Source: Acaryochloris marina S15
Lineage (GTDB): Bacteria > Cyanobacteriota > Cyanobacteriia > Thermosynechococcales > Thermosynechococcaceae
Direction: 5' to 3'
Assembly: GCF_018336915.1 (NCBI RefSeq)
Contig: NZ_CP064923.1
Span: forward strand, 2,184,209 to 2,208,208
DNA: 24,000 nt
The first letter of the stretch is position 1; each line of letters begins with the position of its first letter. The notes beneath the pieces are model-generated. The model did not search any database. It had not been told where the DNA came from and worked only from the letters and a program-made list of their open reading frames with translations. Position numbers and translations under genes: made by a program. Shown here piece after piece: positions 9,551 through 19,076 of this stretch.

Positions 9551-10084
9551 CTATTTCTTCGGAGATAGGTACATAATCATATTTCGTCCTTCACGCTTGG
9601 GCGCTTGCTGGATTTCTGCAAAATCGAGCAAATCATTCGCCATCTTCTTTAACAGCGCTTCGGCTAAATGGGAATGTTGAATTTCCCGGCCTCTAAATGT
9701 GACGGTTGCCTTCACCTTATCGCCAGATTTTAGAAAGCGCTTGGCGTGGTTTACCCGCACTTCGTAGTCATGGGTTTGAATCTTGTAGCGCATTTTCACT
9801 TCTTTGACGTCAGAAGTATGCTGCTTTTTCTTTGCTTCCCGGGCTTTTTTCTCTTGTTCAAATTTGAACTTACCGTAGTCCATGACCCGGCAAACTGGTG
9901 GATCGGCCTTATCACTCACTAGCACCAAATCCAGATCCCGCTCATCGGCGATTTCCATGGCTTCGCTGGGCGCCATAATGCCGAGCTGGGTTCCATCTGC
10001 ATCAACTACGCGAATTTCGGGAAAACGAATACGTTCGTTAATATTAGGCTGGTTTTGTTGATTTCTTTTTTTTATTGGAGCCAC
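9551..10084 (-). CDS. infC: Translation initiation factor IF-3
   Basis: [85 protein letters not shown] at 10084 is the likely start; in-frame TAA at 10093-10091. Confidence 0.95.
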   Translation of the reverse strand: MAPIKKRNQQNQPNINERIRFPEIRVVDADGTQLGIMAPSEAMEIADERDLDLVLVSDKADPPVCRVMDYGKFKFEQEKKAREAKKKQHTSDVKEVKMRYKIQTHDYEVRVNHAKRFLKSGDKVKATVTFRGREIQHSHLAEALLKKMANDLLDFAEIQQAPKREGRNMIMYLSPKK

Positions 10085-10482
10085 AGGCGTTTAATTTACT
10101 ATTAATTAAGATAGCGAAAGAAATAAGGGAAAACGATTACCCCTTTCAAACTAACAGATCCAGATTAGAATCAGCATTCTCTTAACACATCCGTCACATC
10201 TACTCTGAAAACAGCTGTTCCTTGAGGAGATCCTTCAATTATAGATGGAGCAACTTGTTAGAGAATCGCCGACAGCTCTAGGCCCTGAACGGTTAGTCAC
10301 CTCAAGATACTCTGAGATCTCAGCAGGTTTATCACCCTGCCTCGCCCCTTCACGGAATAGGGTAAATCGAAGCTTATCCCTGCTTTTTTCCCAGTGTTAA
10401 GACGATAAAAAATTAACCCTTTTCTCTACTCTAAAAAACAAATGTCACAATGAAGTCAGGCCACACCGCAAACTAAAACAAA

Positions 10483-11343
10483 ATGCCGATGTCAAAAATT
10501 CCCTTATTGGGGTTGCAGGCTGCCCAGTTCCGACATCCTATTGATTTGGAAGCAACCCAAACCCTTCAGCAGCTTCCTGGGTTAGATTGGCTTGTACGAA
10601 GCCTGCTAGGAAGCGTAGCCGAACAAGTCTTCTATCTAGAAAATATTGGATCTAGCGTTTTAGTCAGCGAACGACAACTTCCTGACCTTCACCACCTGCT
10701 TGTTGAAGCCTGCCATATTCTTGACTTGGAACAGCCTCAGCTGTACGTTCGCCAGAATCCTACTCCGAACGCATATACCTTAGCTATGCGGGGACAGCAA
10801 CCTTTTATTGTGGTGCATACGTCACTGCTAGAATTACTCGATCCCCCTGAGATACAGGCTGTATTAGCCCATGAGCTGGGGCATCTGAAATGCGAGCATG
10901 GCGTGTATCTCACCATTGCTAACTTGCTCGTGCTGGCGGCTGGTCAGTTGTCTCCCTTTGGTGGCTTAATGGCCCAAAACTTGCAACGGCAGTTGATGGC
11001 TTGGGTCCGCTGTGCAGAATTCACTTGCGATCGTGCGGGGTTACTCGTCACCCAAAATGCCAATGTTATGGCATCAGTCCTGATGAAATTAGCAGGGGGA
11101 TCATCTACCCTCGCCTCTCAGCTGAATGTAGACGCCTTTATTGACCAAGCACGAGCCTATGATCGCATCGATCATGATTTAGGTAACCTGCTCAAGTCAG
11201 TTCGCACTGCTGAGCTGACTCATCCTCTGCCTGTGCTTCGAGCCCGAGAAATTGATCGATGGTCAGATAGTCCGATGTATCAATCCCTATTGCAAACCTA
11301 TGCAGCTAATACAGACCACCCTCTAGCCTGGAAAGATTGGTGA
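10483..11343 (+). CDS. M48 family metallopeptidase
   Basis: Zinc motif HELGH (VLAHELGHLKCEHG) and downstream CAEFTCDRAGLL supplying the third ligand. Confidence 0.88.
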   Translation: MPMSKIPLLGLQAAQFRHPIDLEATQTLQQLPGLDWLVRSLLGSVAEQVFYLENIGSSVLVSERQLPDLHHLLVEACHILDLEQPQLYVRQNPTPNAYTLAMRGQQPFIVVHTSLLELLDPPEIQAVLAHELGHLKCEHGVYLTIANLLVLAAGQLSPFGGLMAQNLQRQLMAWVRCAEFTCDRAGLLVTQNANVMASVLMKLAGGSSTLASQLNVDAFIDQARAYDRIDHDLGNLLKSVRTAELTHPLPVLRAREIDRWSDSPMYQSLLQTYAANTDHPLAWKDW

Positions 11344-11349
11344 TCTAAA

Positions 11350-11387
11350 AAAAGAGCAGGCTGGCAATCTGCACATCCTACTCTTTT
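11350..11387 (-). terminator. Probable terminator between convergent genes, better on the minus strand
   Basis: AAAAGAGCAGG (11350-11360) pairs with CCTACTCTTTT (11377-11387). The single non-Watson-Crick position is a G:U on the minus-strand RNA, which then runs into a T-tract. Confidence 0.6.
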
Positions 11388-11442
11388 AAAATCCATCTAA
11401 AATACGTGAATTAGAAAACCATGCTGAGGAGTCTATTCAGTA

Positions 11443-12129
11443 CTATATGGCGTTACTGATACTGAAGTGATCAAACCAACAGCGCTGTCCTTGCCAAATC
11501 ACACGGCCGGTGATGATGGCCCATCCGTTCTCAAAATCAGCTTGAGCCACAAATTGCCAGACCGAATCTCCTCGGTTATCCAAGCCAAAATATTTGATGC
11601 CTTGATAAGCTGTCATCTGGCCACATCGACCCAGTAGCTCAGCAAAGCTCTGATCTAAGCTGTCCTTCTGGGTAGATTTCAATAGCGTAGGAGTACATTG
11701 ACGAGAGAATTCTCGACTATCCCAGTTCCCAATAATTTTGGGAATTGAATCATTCACATAGGTTAATGACTCGCTATACTGCCAAGCTTTTTTCCAAGGC
11801 TTGGGCATAAATCCTCTTAAAAAAGTAGGAATACGCTGATAAGCCTGAGATTCATCTTGAATGTCTGCTTTTAGTGCTAGATACTCAGAGTTTTTATGCC
11901 AAGAACGGGCTTCGGCAGGCTGAGGCTGCCTGATTTCCATCAAAGCTTGTAAATCACTGAGTTCTCGAACCTCAGTAGTGAGGCGTTGCGGTTGGGAAGA
12001 GTGTTGTTGAAAAGTAGAGATAGATTCTCTATTCGGTAAAATCAGGACCACCAAGAAGGCATAGAGAATTGCTACGGTGGCAATAATACCTAATAGCAAT
12101 CCAGCTAGAACCATTAAAATTGCTTCCAT
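11443..12129 (-). CDS. Hypothetical protein with N-terminal membrane anchor
   Basis: N-terminal TM helix MVLAGLLLGIIATVAILYAFLVVLIL, soluble C-terminal domain of about 180 aa, full-length ORF. Confidence 0.65.
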   Translation of the reverse strand: MEAILMVLAGLLLGIIATVAILYAFLVVLILPNRESISTFQQHSSQPQRLTTEVRELSDLQALMEIRQPQPAEARSWHKNSEYLALKADIQDESQAYQRIPTFLRGFMPKPWKKAWQYSESLTYVNDSIPKIIGNWDSREFSRQCTPTLLKSTQKDSLDQSFAELLGRCGQMTAYQGIKYFGLDNRGDSVWQFVAQADFENGWAIITGRVIWQGQRCWFDHFSISNAI

Positions 12130-12278
12130 CTGTTAAGGCTTCTAATGTACGGGAATTTAGATGCATTCATGACATCCCCGAAACTGGGGTCCCCCCATGT
12201 TCTTAGGATGCCCAACCGATTGGAGTAATCCGACGTCTGTGATACCAAAACAATGTTTTAAGCGAATTGAGGCCTGAT

Positions 12279-13745
12279 TTATTCAAAACTGGCAATCATA
12301 ATACTCCCTTGTCGTCCAGGCAGCTCTAATGTAGTGGTTGAATTTACTTCTGAGACTTTAGGCGTTCCGTAGATACAGTCCAGTTTTGAAATAGATTGGG
12401 GTAACGGGCTGAGGTCGACGGTGATCGAACTAGACTCAGTACTAGTATTGATAGCTACAATCAGCACTTCTTCTGCCAAAGAACGGCTAAAGACATAGGT
12501 CTCATCCGTAGCCAGTAAAACTTGGTATTGGCCAGTTCTGAGAGCAGCATGTTGGTGCCGGATTTGAATCAGCTGTTTGTGCATGGCTTGTAATGGGAGA
12601 TGCCAATCGGCCTCTTCAGGAAAACTGCGACGGCAATCAGGATCGATTCCGCCTGGGAGCCCCACTTCATCCCCGTAATAGATGCAAGGAGCACCGGGAA
12701 AGGTTAGCAACAGGAGTGTTGCCAGTTCTATGGTGCTGTAGTCCAAATGCACCATCGACAGCAGTCGAGCCGTATCATGGCTGGACAGTAAGTTAAGTTG
12801 GGTCAGTTGAATGTCCCAGGGATACCAGGTCAGTAAGTCCTGAATTCGTTGCTGATATTCTGATGCCTCCAGGGCGGGATAAGGCGCATAGGTCGGTTGA
12901 GTTGTATAGTCTATATCCACTCGATCGCCTGCGGCAAAAGCGATAGTGGCCTGCCGAAACTGGTAGTTCATCACCCCATCAAATTGGTCACCTTGTAGCC
13001 AGGGCTGGGCATTATCCCAGATCTCGCCCACAATATAGGCTTCTGGGTTGATACCTTTGACGCGATCGCGAAATTCTTGCCAAAATTCAGGGACTTGAAT
13101 TTCATTGGGCACATCTAAGCGCCACCCATCAACGCCTTGTTTTATCCAGTACTCCGCAATTTGCATAATGTACTCACGCACATCGGGGTGGTCATGGTTG
13201 AACTGGGGCAAGGCTCGATTGCCACTCCAACCCACATAATTAGCAGGCTTGCTACCTTGATATGCTGCAACAGGCCAGCCCTCAATTCGAAACCAGTCCA
13301 CCCAAGGTGAGTGAGGGCCATTTTCTAAGATGTCGTTAAAAAAGAAAAATCCTCGGCTGGCATGATTAAAGACACCATCCAGTACCACCTTAATTTGGTG
13401 TTCGTGGGCTGCTGTTAACAAAGCAGTAAGTGCTTCATTCCCGCCTAAAATGGGGTCTACTTGGTAATAATCATGGGTGTGATACCGATGATTACACGCC
13501 GATTGAAAAATGGGTGTTAGATAGAGCGCTGTGATGCCTAAATCAGCTAAATAATCGAGACGATCAATAATCCCCCACAAATTTCCCCCTTTATATCCTT
13601 GGACGGTAGGCGGTGCGTGCCAAGACTCCCAATTTACTTGGGACGGAATAGAGGAATGTGGGCGGAAAGCGAAACGATCAGGGAAAATCTGATAAAAGAC
13701 AGCATTTTTAACCCAATCAGGCGTATAAATCTGCATTATCACCAA
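12279..13745 (-). CDS. Glycoside hydrolase family 13 (alpha-amylase / neopullulanase-like); start possibly 13736
   Basis: VFYQIFPDRFA, VVLDGVFNHASRG, DGWRLDVPNEI, YIVGEIWD, NLLSSHDTARLL, GAPCIYYGDEVGLPGG. Confidence 0.92.
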   Translation of the reverse strand: MVIMQIYTPDWVKNAVFYQIFPDRFAFRPHSSIPSQVNWESWHAPPTVQGYKGGNLWGIIDRLDYLADLGITALYLTPIFQSACNHRYHTHDYYQVDPILGGNEALTALLTAAHEHQIKVVLDGVFNHASRGFFFFNDILENGPHSPWVDWFRIEGWPVAAYQGSKPANYVGWSGNRALPQFNHDHPDVREYIMQIAEYWIKQGVDGWRLDVPNEIQVPEFWQEFRDRVKGINPEAYIVGEIWDNAQPWLQGDQFDGVMNYQFRQATIAFAAGDRVDIDYTTQPTYAPYPALEASEYQQRIQDLLTWYPWDIQLTQLNLLSSHDTARLLSMVHLDYSTIELATLLLLTFPGAPCIYYGDEVGLPGGIDPDCRRSFPEEADWHLPLQAMHKQLIQIRHQHAALRTGQYQVLLATDETYVFSRSLAEEVLIVAINTSTESSSITVDLSPLPQSISKLDCIYGTPKVSEVNSTTTLELPGRQGSIMIASFE

Positions 13746-14166
13746 CTAAGCAACAGAGTAATGGCAATGGTATAACAACTAGCTGAAGAATTAGCTATCC
13801 CTTCATTAGCTGTAGCAATGAGGTTAAACCGAGAACCTGTACGATTCTATATCTGAAGTTACTTATCCATATAGAGGTTGTCTAAGTTAGTATTGATTTA
13901 AATCTCCTTGGGCTATCCTTAATCTCCTCATTTTTTGAGGATATATTGATTAGATTTTTGCATTTTCCCTCCATTAATCATGGCGGTTTCAGGAATGCAG
14001 ACTGTATTCATTGTCTATACCAATGGAAGACAGGACAGCTGACTATCCAGTTTTTCTTTTTTTCTAAGACTCTCTTTTCGCCTGCTATGTAAAATTATTA
14101 GCAGTGCAGGTTTTCGATGTTGATGCTTATTTCTCTTGGATGCCATTGGCTCCAACCTAATGACAC

Positions 14167-14352
14167 ATGAAAGATGACGTCGTCGAGGCTGCCCATGAAC
14201 GTCAGCGCCTCTCGGTTCTACACAAACAACTGATTATCAGCTTAAAATTTCATCACAGCCAAACCTTGGAACAAATTCCTGTGGAAATGGCAGTTCAAGC
14301 CATGATTGAAGTATGGCAAGCCTGCAATCCATCTCAATTACCTAAAAATTAG
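14167..14352 (+). CDS. Small hypothetical protein (61 aa)
   Basis: Isolated ORF with plausible composition (MKDDVVEAAHERQRLSVLHKQLIISLKFHHSQTLEQIPVEMAVQAMIEVWQACNPSQ) in an otherwise open intergenic region. No family recognised. Confidence 0.4.
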   Translation: MKDDVVEAAHERQRLSVLHKQLIISLKFHHSQTLEQIPVEMAVQAMIEVWQACNPSQLPKN

Positions 14353-14620
14353 TGGTCAGCACTTTGACCCTATGACTGGAACGGTTTTATCCAGCGCCTA
14401 GTCATATCCTGATAGATCGTTTGATCGAATGAGTGAGTCTTGCTGTATAGATGTCTGCAATTCATGGTGCAACATGTCATAAATCTGGCTGCCAGTAGAT
14501 GGAGGCAGCTAGTAGGATGCACGAGAGTTTCAGTCGGGGTGTCTCGCCTAGCAGATTGAGGTAGGTATATCTAGGCTCTAACAGATTTAGGCTACGGAAC
14601 TTCAATCTGTTGTGCCCAAC

Positions 14621-15883
14621 TTAGCTTTGAGATTTGGGAGGGACTTTTGCTGTTTGCATCGCTTTAATTAATTCTGCCAGAGAGACTTTGAGCTGAATGC
14701 CAGAATCAAATGCGACCATGCGCTTATTTTGGCGCTTTAACGTCTCGAAGTGCAGGTGAGGGCCAGTGGAATTTCCGGTACTCCCCACTAATCCAATGAT
14801 GGTTCCTTGAGAAATCCATTGACCGGGCTGGACATAAATCTTGGATAGGTGAGCATAACGGGTCGCCAGTTGCCCATCTTGGTGTTGCAGTAGAATTGCT
14901 AAGCCATAGCCACCCATAAAACCTGTGGTTTGGACTTGACCAGGAAACGTCGCTAGAACAGGTGTGCCTGTTGGTGCTGCCAAGTCAGTGCCAGCATGGA
15001 AACTAGTTTGGCCTGAGATCGGGTGAGTCCGCCAACCAAAGGCTGAAGTGATGGAGGCGGGCATGGGCAACGGAAAGATCATCTGTTGCCGATTTGGAAC
15101 GAGCCACTTTAGGGGGTTGGGAGAGGAAGACAGCCGTTTAATCGAGGGAGAGGTTTTTGCTAAAGGACTCAAAGAGACCGGAGCACCTTTAACCCAGGGA
15201 GTTGGGGCAGTCTTGGGGATATAGGACGGAGAATAGCCTGTCCACTTGGGGGCAGGCTGTTGTGGTGGTTGATAAGAATAGGTCGAATAGGTTGGAGCTG
15301 AAGCAACAGGAGTATATTGACGAATCGGGATTGTGGGTTTCTGGGCTGTTTGAATCGCAGGGCCACACAGGGTTGCTGCGAGGACTGGATCAATGTTGAG
15401 GCTTGCTTTACAACCCGAAATGCTACCCGATAGAACGGTCTTATGCGAGGTCGGGGTCGATGTGGTCTCTACCGGCACCGGGGCATGGGTGATGGAATAA
15501 GTGCTGGAATCTGTATTTGTGGGGGCGATGGCAGGACGGTCAGCTACCTGCGGCATGACTTGTGGTGATATGGCTGGAGCTGTTGGAGCAGCCTGGACAG
15601 GTGTTTCAGGTAAGGCAATGGGCTCAGGGATAGATGGTACAGGTGGTGCGACAGGCGCTGGTTCCCAAGCAGGTTCAGGTGGATCGATAAATGTGTCGAC
15701 GGGTGGTGCTGCAGGAGAGATGGGGGCTGTTTCTGTGATGGCCGGACTCTCAAGATCAATCGCTTGGGCTCGCTGATTTAGAGACAGAACTCCCAAGCCA
15801 AGGGGAAGGCTTAGCCAGCTACCCAGGCACAACAGAGATGTTGACCGAAGGTGAGTTCGGAGCGAGAGTGAGCGATGCATCAT
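14621..15883 (-). CDS. M23 (LytM-type) peptidoglycan metallopeptidase, secreted, with Pro/Thr-rich linker
   Basis: Signal peptide; FGWRTHPISGQTSFHAGTDLAAPTGTPVLATFPG; ATRYAHLSKIYVQPGQWISQGTIIGLVGSTGNSTGPHLHFE. Confidence 0.92.
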   Translation of the reverse strand: MMHRSLSLRTHLRSTSLLCLGSWLSLPLGLGVLSLNQRAQAIDLESPAITETAPISPAAPPVDTFIDPPEPAWEPAPVAPPVPSIPEPIALPETPVQAAPTAPAISPQVMPQVADRPAIAPTNTDSSTYSITHAPVPVETTSTPTSHKTVLSGSISGCKASLNIDPVLAATLCGPAIQTAQKPTIPIRQYTPVASAPTYSTYSYQPPQQPAPKWTGYSPSYIPKTAPTPWVKGAPVSLSPLAKTSPSIKRLSSSPNPLKWLVPNRQQMIFPLPMPASITSAFGWRTHPISGQTSFHAGTDLAAPTGTPVLATFPGQVQTTGFMGGYGLAILLQHQDGQLATRYAHLSKIYVQPGQWISQGTIIGLVGSTGNSTGPHLHFETLKRQNKRMVAFDSGIQLKVSLAELIKAMQTAKVPPKSQS

Positions 15884-16098
15884 ACCAATTCGATCCTTAG
15901 AGGTGATTCAGTTTTTTGTCGGTAATCAATGGAAAACACATCAGTAAAGCAAAGAGAGACAAGGTTAAGTTAACCTTCAAGACTTAGCAAAGCATACCTA
16001 CTAAGGAAGAATCAACCTAGCCACTTATTTCCTAATGGTAGATAAATTTTTAAGGAAACGACTTTCTTCCTTTTACTATACCTAGAGTATTGATGCCT

Positions 16099-16794
16099 TC
16101 ATAACCCTAGACGTTTTGCTAAATCTTGGCGGATGGGTTGACTGGCTTTGGGATAAATTTTAATTAGATCTAAATAATCTGGCAGTAATTTATGGATGCC
16201 TTGGGTTTGCCAAAAAAGATAGCCATTTTCTAGACCTAATAAGGTGAGGGCGGTTAATTCTTCTAGGGAATGAATCGGAGATCTATTTTGTGCAGGTAAC
16301 TGTTCAGCAATGGTTGCTAGGTTGATGGCTTGATCTGGGACTGGATTTTGCCAATTCAGGCCAATGCCGAGCACTGCTGTTTGAACCTGTTGATCTTGAA
16401 GGCTGGTTTCGATTAGGATACCCCCAAACTTTTTCCCCAGCACTAGCAGGTCATTGGGCCACTTGAGCCACACTGGGATGTGATGCTGTCGCAGCAGGGT
16501 AGCCAGTCCCCAAATGGTGGCCACGGTGATTTGGACGGTTTGATCGGCGGGGATACGAGGTGCGATCGCAACCGACAGATACAGTCCCCCCAGAGAAGAG
16601 TCCCAAGTCCGTCCTCGCTGGCCCCGACCGGCTTGCTGCTGGGCTGCAACGATGGCCGTTCCAGGTGTTGCCCCCTGTTTAATCATTTCCCAGAGCTTTG
16701 TATTGGTGGAGTCAAGGATCTCAAAGTGATGGAGAGGCCGCCCCCAGGCTTGGGTCGTTAGATGAGTCTGAAAGGCTTGTTGGTCAAATCCCAC
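16099..16794 (-). CDS. birA: Biotin--[acetyl-CoA-carboxylase] ligase
   Basis: LDSTNTKLWEM, VAAQQQAGRGQRGRTWDSSLGGLYLSVAI, VWLKWPNDLLVLGKKFGGILIET, GIGLNWQNP. No HTH domain. Confidence 0.92.
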   Translation of the reverse strand: MGFDQQAFQTHLTTQAWGRPLHHFEILDSTNTKLWEMIKQGATPGTAIVAAQQQAGRGQRGRTWDSSLGGLYLSVAIAPRIPADQTVQITVATIWGLATLLRQHHIPVWLKWPNDLLVLGKKFGGILIETSLQDQQVQTAVLGIGLNWQNPVPDQAINLATIAEQLPAQNRSPIHSLEELTALTLLGLENGYLFWQTQGIHKLLPDYLDLIKIYPKASQPIRQDLAKRLGL

Positions 16795-16878
16795 AGTCCG
16801 GTGGCTAGGCCCGTTAAAACTGGAATAGGCGCGCTAGCATAGGTAAGCCTAGCATTGTTTAAGGTCTATTCTGCCCCC

Positions 16879-17694
16879 ATGCATACCTGGAATTGGCGCA
16901 CCTGTGAGGGTCGCTCTTACTTAACGTGTAGTTTGCTGGAGCCTTGGCCCCATGGCTTTTTCACCCGAGAATTTTGGCCTAGGCCCCCGGCTGAGTTGGC
17001 CCTGGTGCTGAAAGCAGATGCTCAAACCTTTCGTGTTAAACAGGTGCATGGCAATGCAATCTTAAACCCCACGGAAGTTCAAGCCTATTGGGACCAGTTG
17101 CCGTCTCAGGCTGCTGAAACAGATGAAGCGGTATCAGAATTCCCTCCTGCGGATGGCCTGATCAGCCAGAATAAAAACCAGGCTGTTTGGGTTTGTACGG
17201 CCGACTGCACCCCCGTATTGATTGCGGATACTCGCTTGGGTCATGTTGCGGCTGTCCATGCCGGATGGCGGGGAACGGCTGCCAAGATTGTGCCCATGGC
17301 TCTGACTCGTCTGCAAGAACAGGGGAGTCAGCTCAAAGATATTCGAGTGGCAATGGGACCTGCGATCGCAGGTGAGATGTATCAAGTCGATACGGAGGTT
17401 GCCGCTCAAGTCGGTAGTACCGTCGTCGACCCCCATCTTTCTGAGCAGTCTGCTGAAGTCATTGCTGAGCATCTTTTACAAGTTGAACACTCCCCGCTGA
17501 TTGCCGATTCAGAGTCGGGACGAGTGCGATTAGATGTGCGGCGGGTGAATGCCATGCAGTTAGAGCAGATGGGGGTGCTGCCAGACCAGGTTGCGATCGC
17601 AACCCATTGCACCTATCAAGATCCCGATAAATTCTTTTCCTATCGGCGAGAACATCGGAAACAAGTTCAGTGGTCAGGTATCGTTAGTTGCTAG
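16879..17694 (+). CDS. pgeF: YfiH/PgeF family multicopper-oxidase-like (laccase-domain) protein
   Basis: HGFFTREF, VKQVHGN, ADGLISQNKNQAVWVCTADCTPVLIAD, VAAVHAGWRGTAAKIV, AMGPAI, THCTYQDPDKFFSYRREH. ATG at 16879 is preferred over the ORF-track start at 16855. Confidence 0.88.
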   Translation: MHTWNWRTCEGRSYLTCSLLEPWPHGFFTREFWPRPPAELALVLKADAQTFRVKQVHGNAILNPTEVQAYWDQLPSQAAETDEAVSEFPPADGLISQNKNQAVWVCTADCTPVLIADTRLGHVAAVHAGWRGTAAKIVPMALTRLQEQGSQLKDIRVAMGPAIAGEMYQVDTEVAAQVGSTVVDPHLSEQSAEVIAEHLLQVEHSPLIADSESGRVRLDVRRVNAMQLEQMGVLPDQVAIATHCTYQDPDKFFSYRREHRKQVQWSGIVSC

Positions 17695-18167
17695 CAGCAG
17701 AAGACCCAGCCTGGACCTATGTGCTTGGGCAATTGCAATCAGGATATGGTGTAGCCTCTGGACGAGCAGTGGACTCTCCTTATCCAGAGGGGACGATTGC
17801 GCTACAAATGCCTCATTTCCAAAAATTAGGATTAGACCTATCCCCCTACTATCCTGGCACCCTGAATATCTCTATTGCTCCAGCTCAGTTTCAGATGATT
17901 CAGCCTCAATGGACGTTTCCTCTGGTGCATTGGTATCCAGCATCTTGTCCTGAAACATTTTCCTTTTCTCCCTGTCGAGTAAAGTATGGTGACCATCGTG
18001 CTGCGGGACTGATTTATTATCCCCACCCTGAAACAAAACCGGATCATTTTCAGAATCCATCGATCATTGAAATATTAGCTCCCCTTATCCCCCGGATGGA
18101 GATGGGGGTTGCAGTTACCTTGGGGGTGCTGTCCCAGCAGGTTGAAATCTTTGAACCTGAACTGTGA
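17688..18167 (+). CDS. DUF120 / CTP-dependent riboflavin kinase-like domain protein (remote similarity)
   Basis: Pattern VASG...HFQKLGLDLSPYYPGTLNISI...CRVKYG...AAGLIYYPHPETKPDHFQNPSIIEILAPLIPR. TTG start overlaps the pgeF stop. Confidence 0.6.
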   Translation: MLAAEDPAWTYVLGQLQSGYGVASGRAVDSPYPEGTIALQMPHFQKLGLDLSPYYPGTLNISIAPAQFQMIQPQWTFPLVHWYPASCPETFSFSPCRVKYGDHRAAGLIYYPHPETKPDHFQNPSIIEILAPLIPRMEMGVAVTLGVLSQQVEIFEPEL

Positions 18168-18200
18168 ATGTTAGGGAGAGATGGAGCAGGAAGAAATTCA

Positions 18201-19073
18201 ATGAAGATGCGACGTTCTTTTTGGACTGATCGTCCCCGCCATGTCAGCAAGCAAGAGTACAATCGCTATTCATTCATGGTGTTTGGAACGGTTGTCACTG
18301 GCGGGCTAGGGGCAATGTTTTTGATCGGTAGTGTGTTAGGGATTACGACCTGGCAAGCGGATAAGCTGGCTAAATTACCAGAAAAGTCGATTTCTGAAGC
18401 TCTGAATTATAGAGGTGATCCCACCCCACCTTTCAAAATCTCTGGTTTCCTATGGGCCTCAGATCCTATTGTCATGCCTGATGATCCTGAGCTGAAGGTA
18501 CTGAAGGGAGAACTCCAGGTTTCAGCTGAGTTTAGTGGCTCGGAAGTGGTGGCCGATGAAGTGCTATATGAGTGGCAGGATCAGGTAGATTCAGTGGTGT
18601 TATCTGCAGATAACACCCTTCAAGCATCAACCCAAACAATTTTGGTCAATTCTGATTTAGCTCAGTTGCCAGTAGAAAGGGATTTTAACGCTCGCGCTCA
18701 ATTGCAATATGATGGCCCTTCGCGGACTGCTCGCCCTATTGCTATTGAGTATCAAGATCAAACTTTTCCCTTGGCTGATCTGCCCGCGACTCGCTCTGTC
18801 AAACCTAGGGTATTGCGTCAGTATATCCCTAATGGAGCAAAGGTTACCCTGATTGCCAGTGTTGGAGCAGGGCCAGTAAGCCAACTGGTTGCCCCTCAGG
18901 GCCAGAAACTCCAAATTCTCCGAGGGAGTGAAGCAGAAATCCGTAAGACAGGAGCCTCACAACGCTTGATGTTTGGGTTAATTAGCTTTGTTTTACTAGG
19001 GAGTAGTTATTTTCTAGGAAACATGACTGCCCGTATACGACAAAGCTTTGTGGTTCGCTCGAATCAACCTTAG
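18201..19073 (+). CDS. Hypothetical membrane protein with two TM helices
   Basis: N-terminal TM (FMVFGTVVTGGLGAMFLIGSVLG), large extracytoplasmic-type domain, C-terminal TM (LMFGLISFVLLGSSYFLG). The ORF extends upstream to 18168. Confidence 0.65.
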   Translation: MKMRRSFWTDRPRHVSKQEYNRYSFMVFGTVVTGGLGAMFLIGSVLGITTWQADKLAKLPEKSISEALNYRGDPTPPFKISGFLWASDPIVMPDDPELKVLKGELQVSAEFSGSEVVADEVLYEWQDQVDSVVLSADNTLQASTQTILVNSDLAQLPVERDFNARAQLQYDGPSRTARPIAIEYQDQTFPLADLPATRSVKPRVLRQYIPNGAKVTLIASVGAGPVSQLVAPQGQKLQILRGSEAEIRKTGASQRLMFGLISFVLLGSSYFLGNMTARIRQSFVVRSNQP

Positions 19074-19076
19074 GGG

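Noticed and set aside
10312-10323. 12-bp palindrome CTGAGATCTCAG upstream of infC and the M48 gene
   Set aside because: Short, isolated, no loop and no second copy; kept only as a note.
12593-12796. Plus-strand 67 aa ORF inside the GH13 gene
   Set aside because: Antisense to conserved GH13 catalytic regions.
13925-13941. TCCTCA-TTTTT-TGAGGA hairpin
   Set aside because: Only a 6-bp stem and no following T-tract; not convincing as a terminator or an element.
15501-15776. Plus-strand 91 aa Gly/Ala-rich, collagen-like ORF
   Set aside because: It is the antisense of the Pro/Thr-rich linker of the M23 peptidase; the composition is an artefact of CCx codons read in reverse.
17134-18262. Set of minus-strand ORFs opposite pgeF and the RibK-like gene
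   Set aside because: These are shadow ORFs on the non-coding strand of well supported genes.
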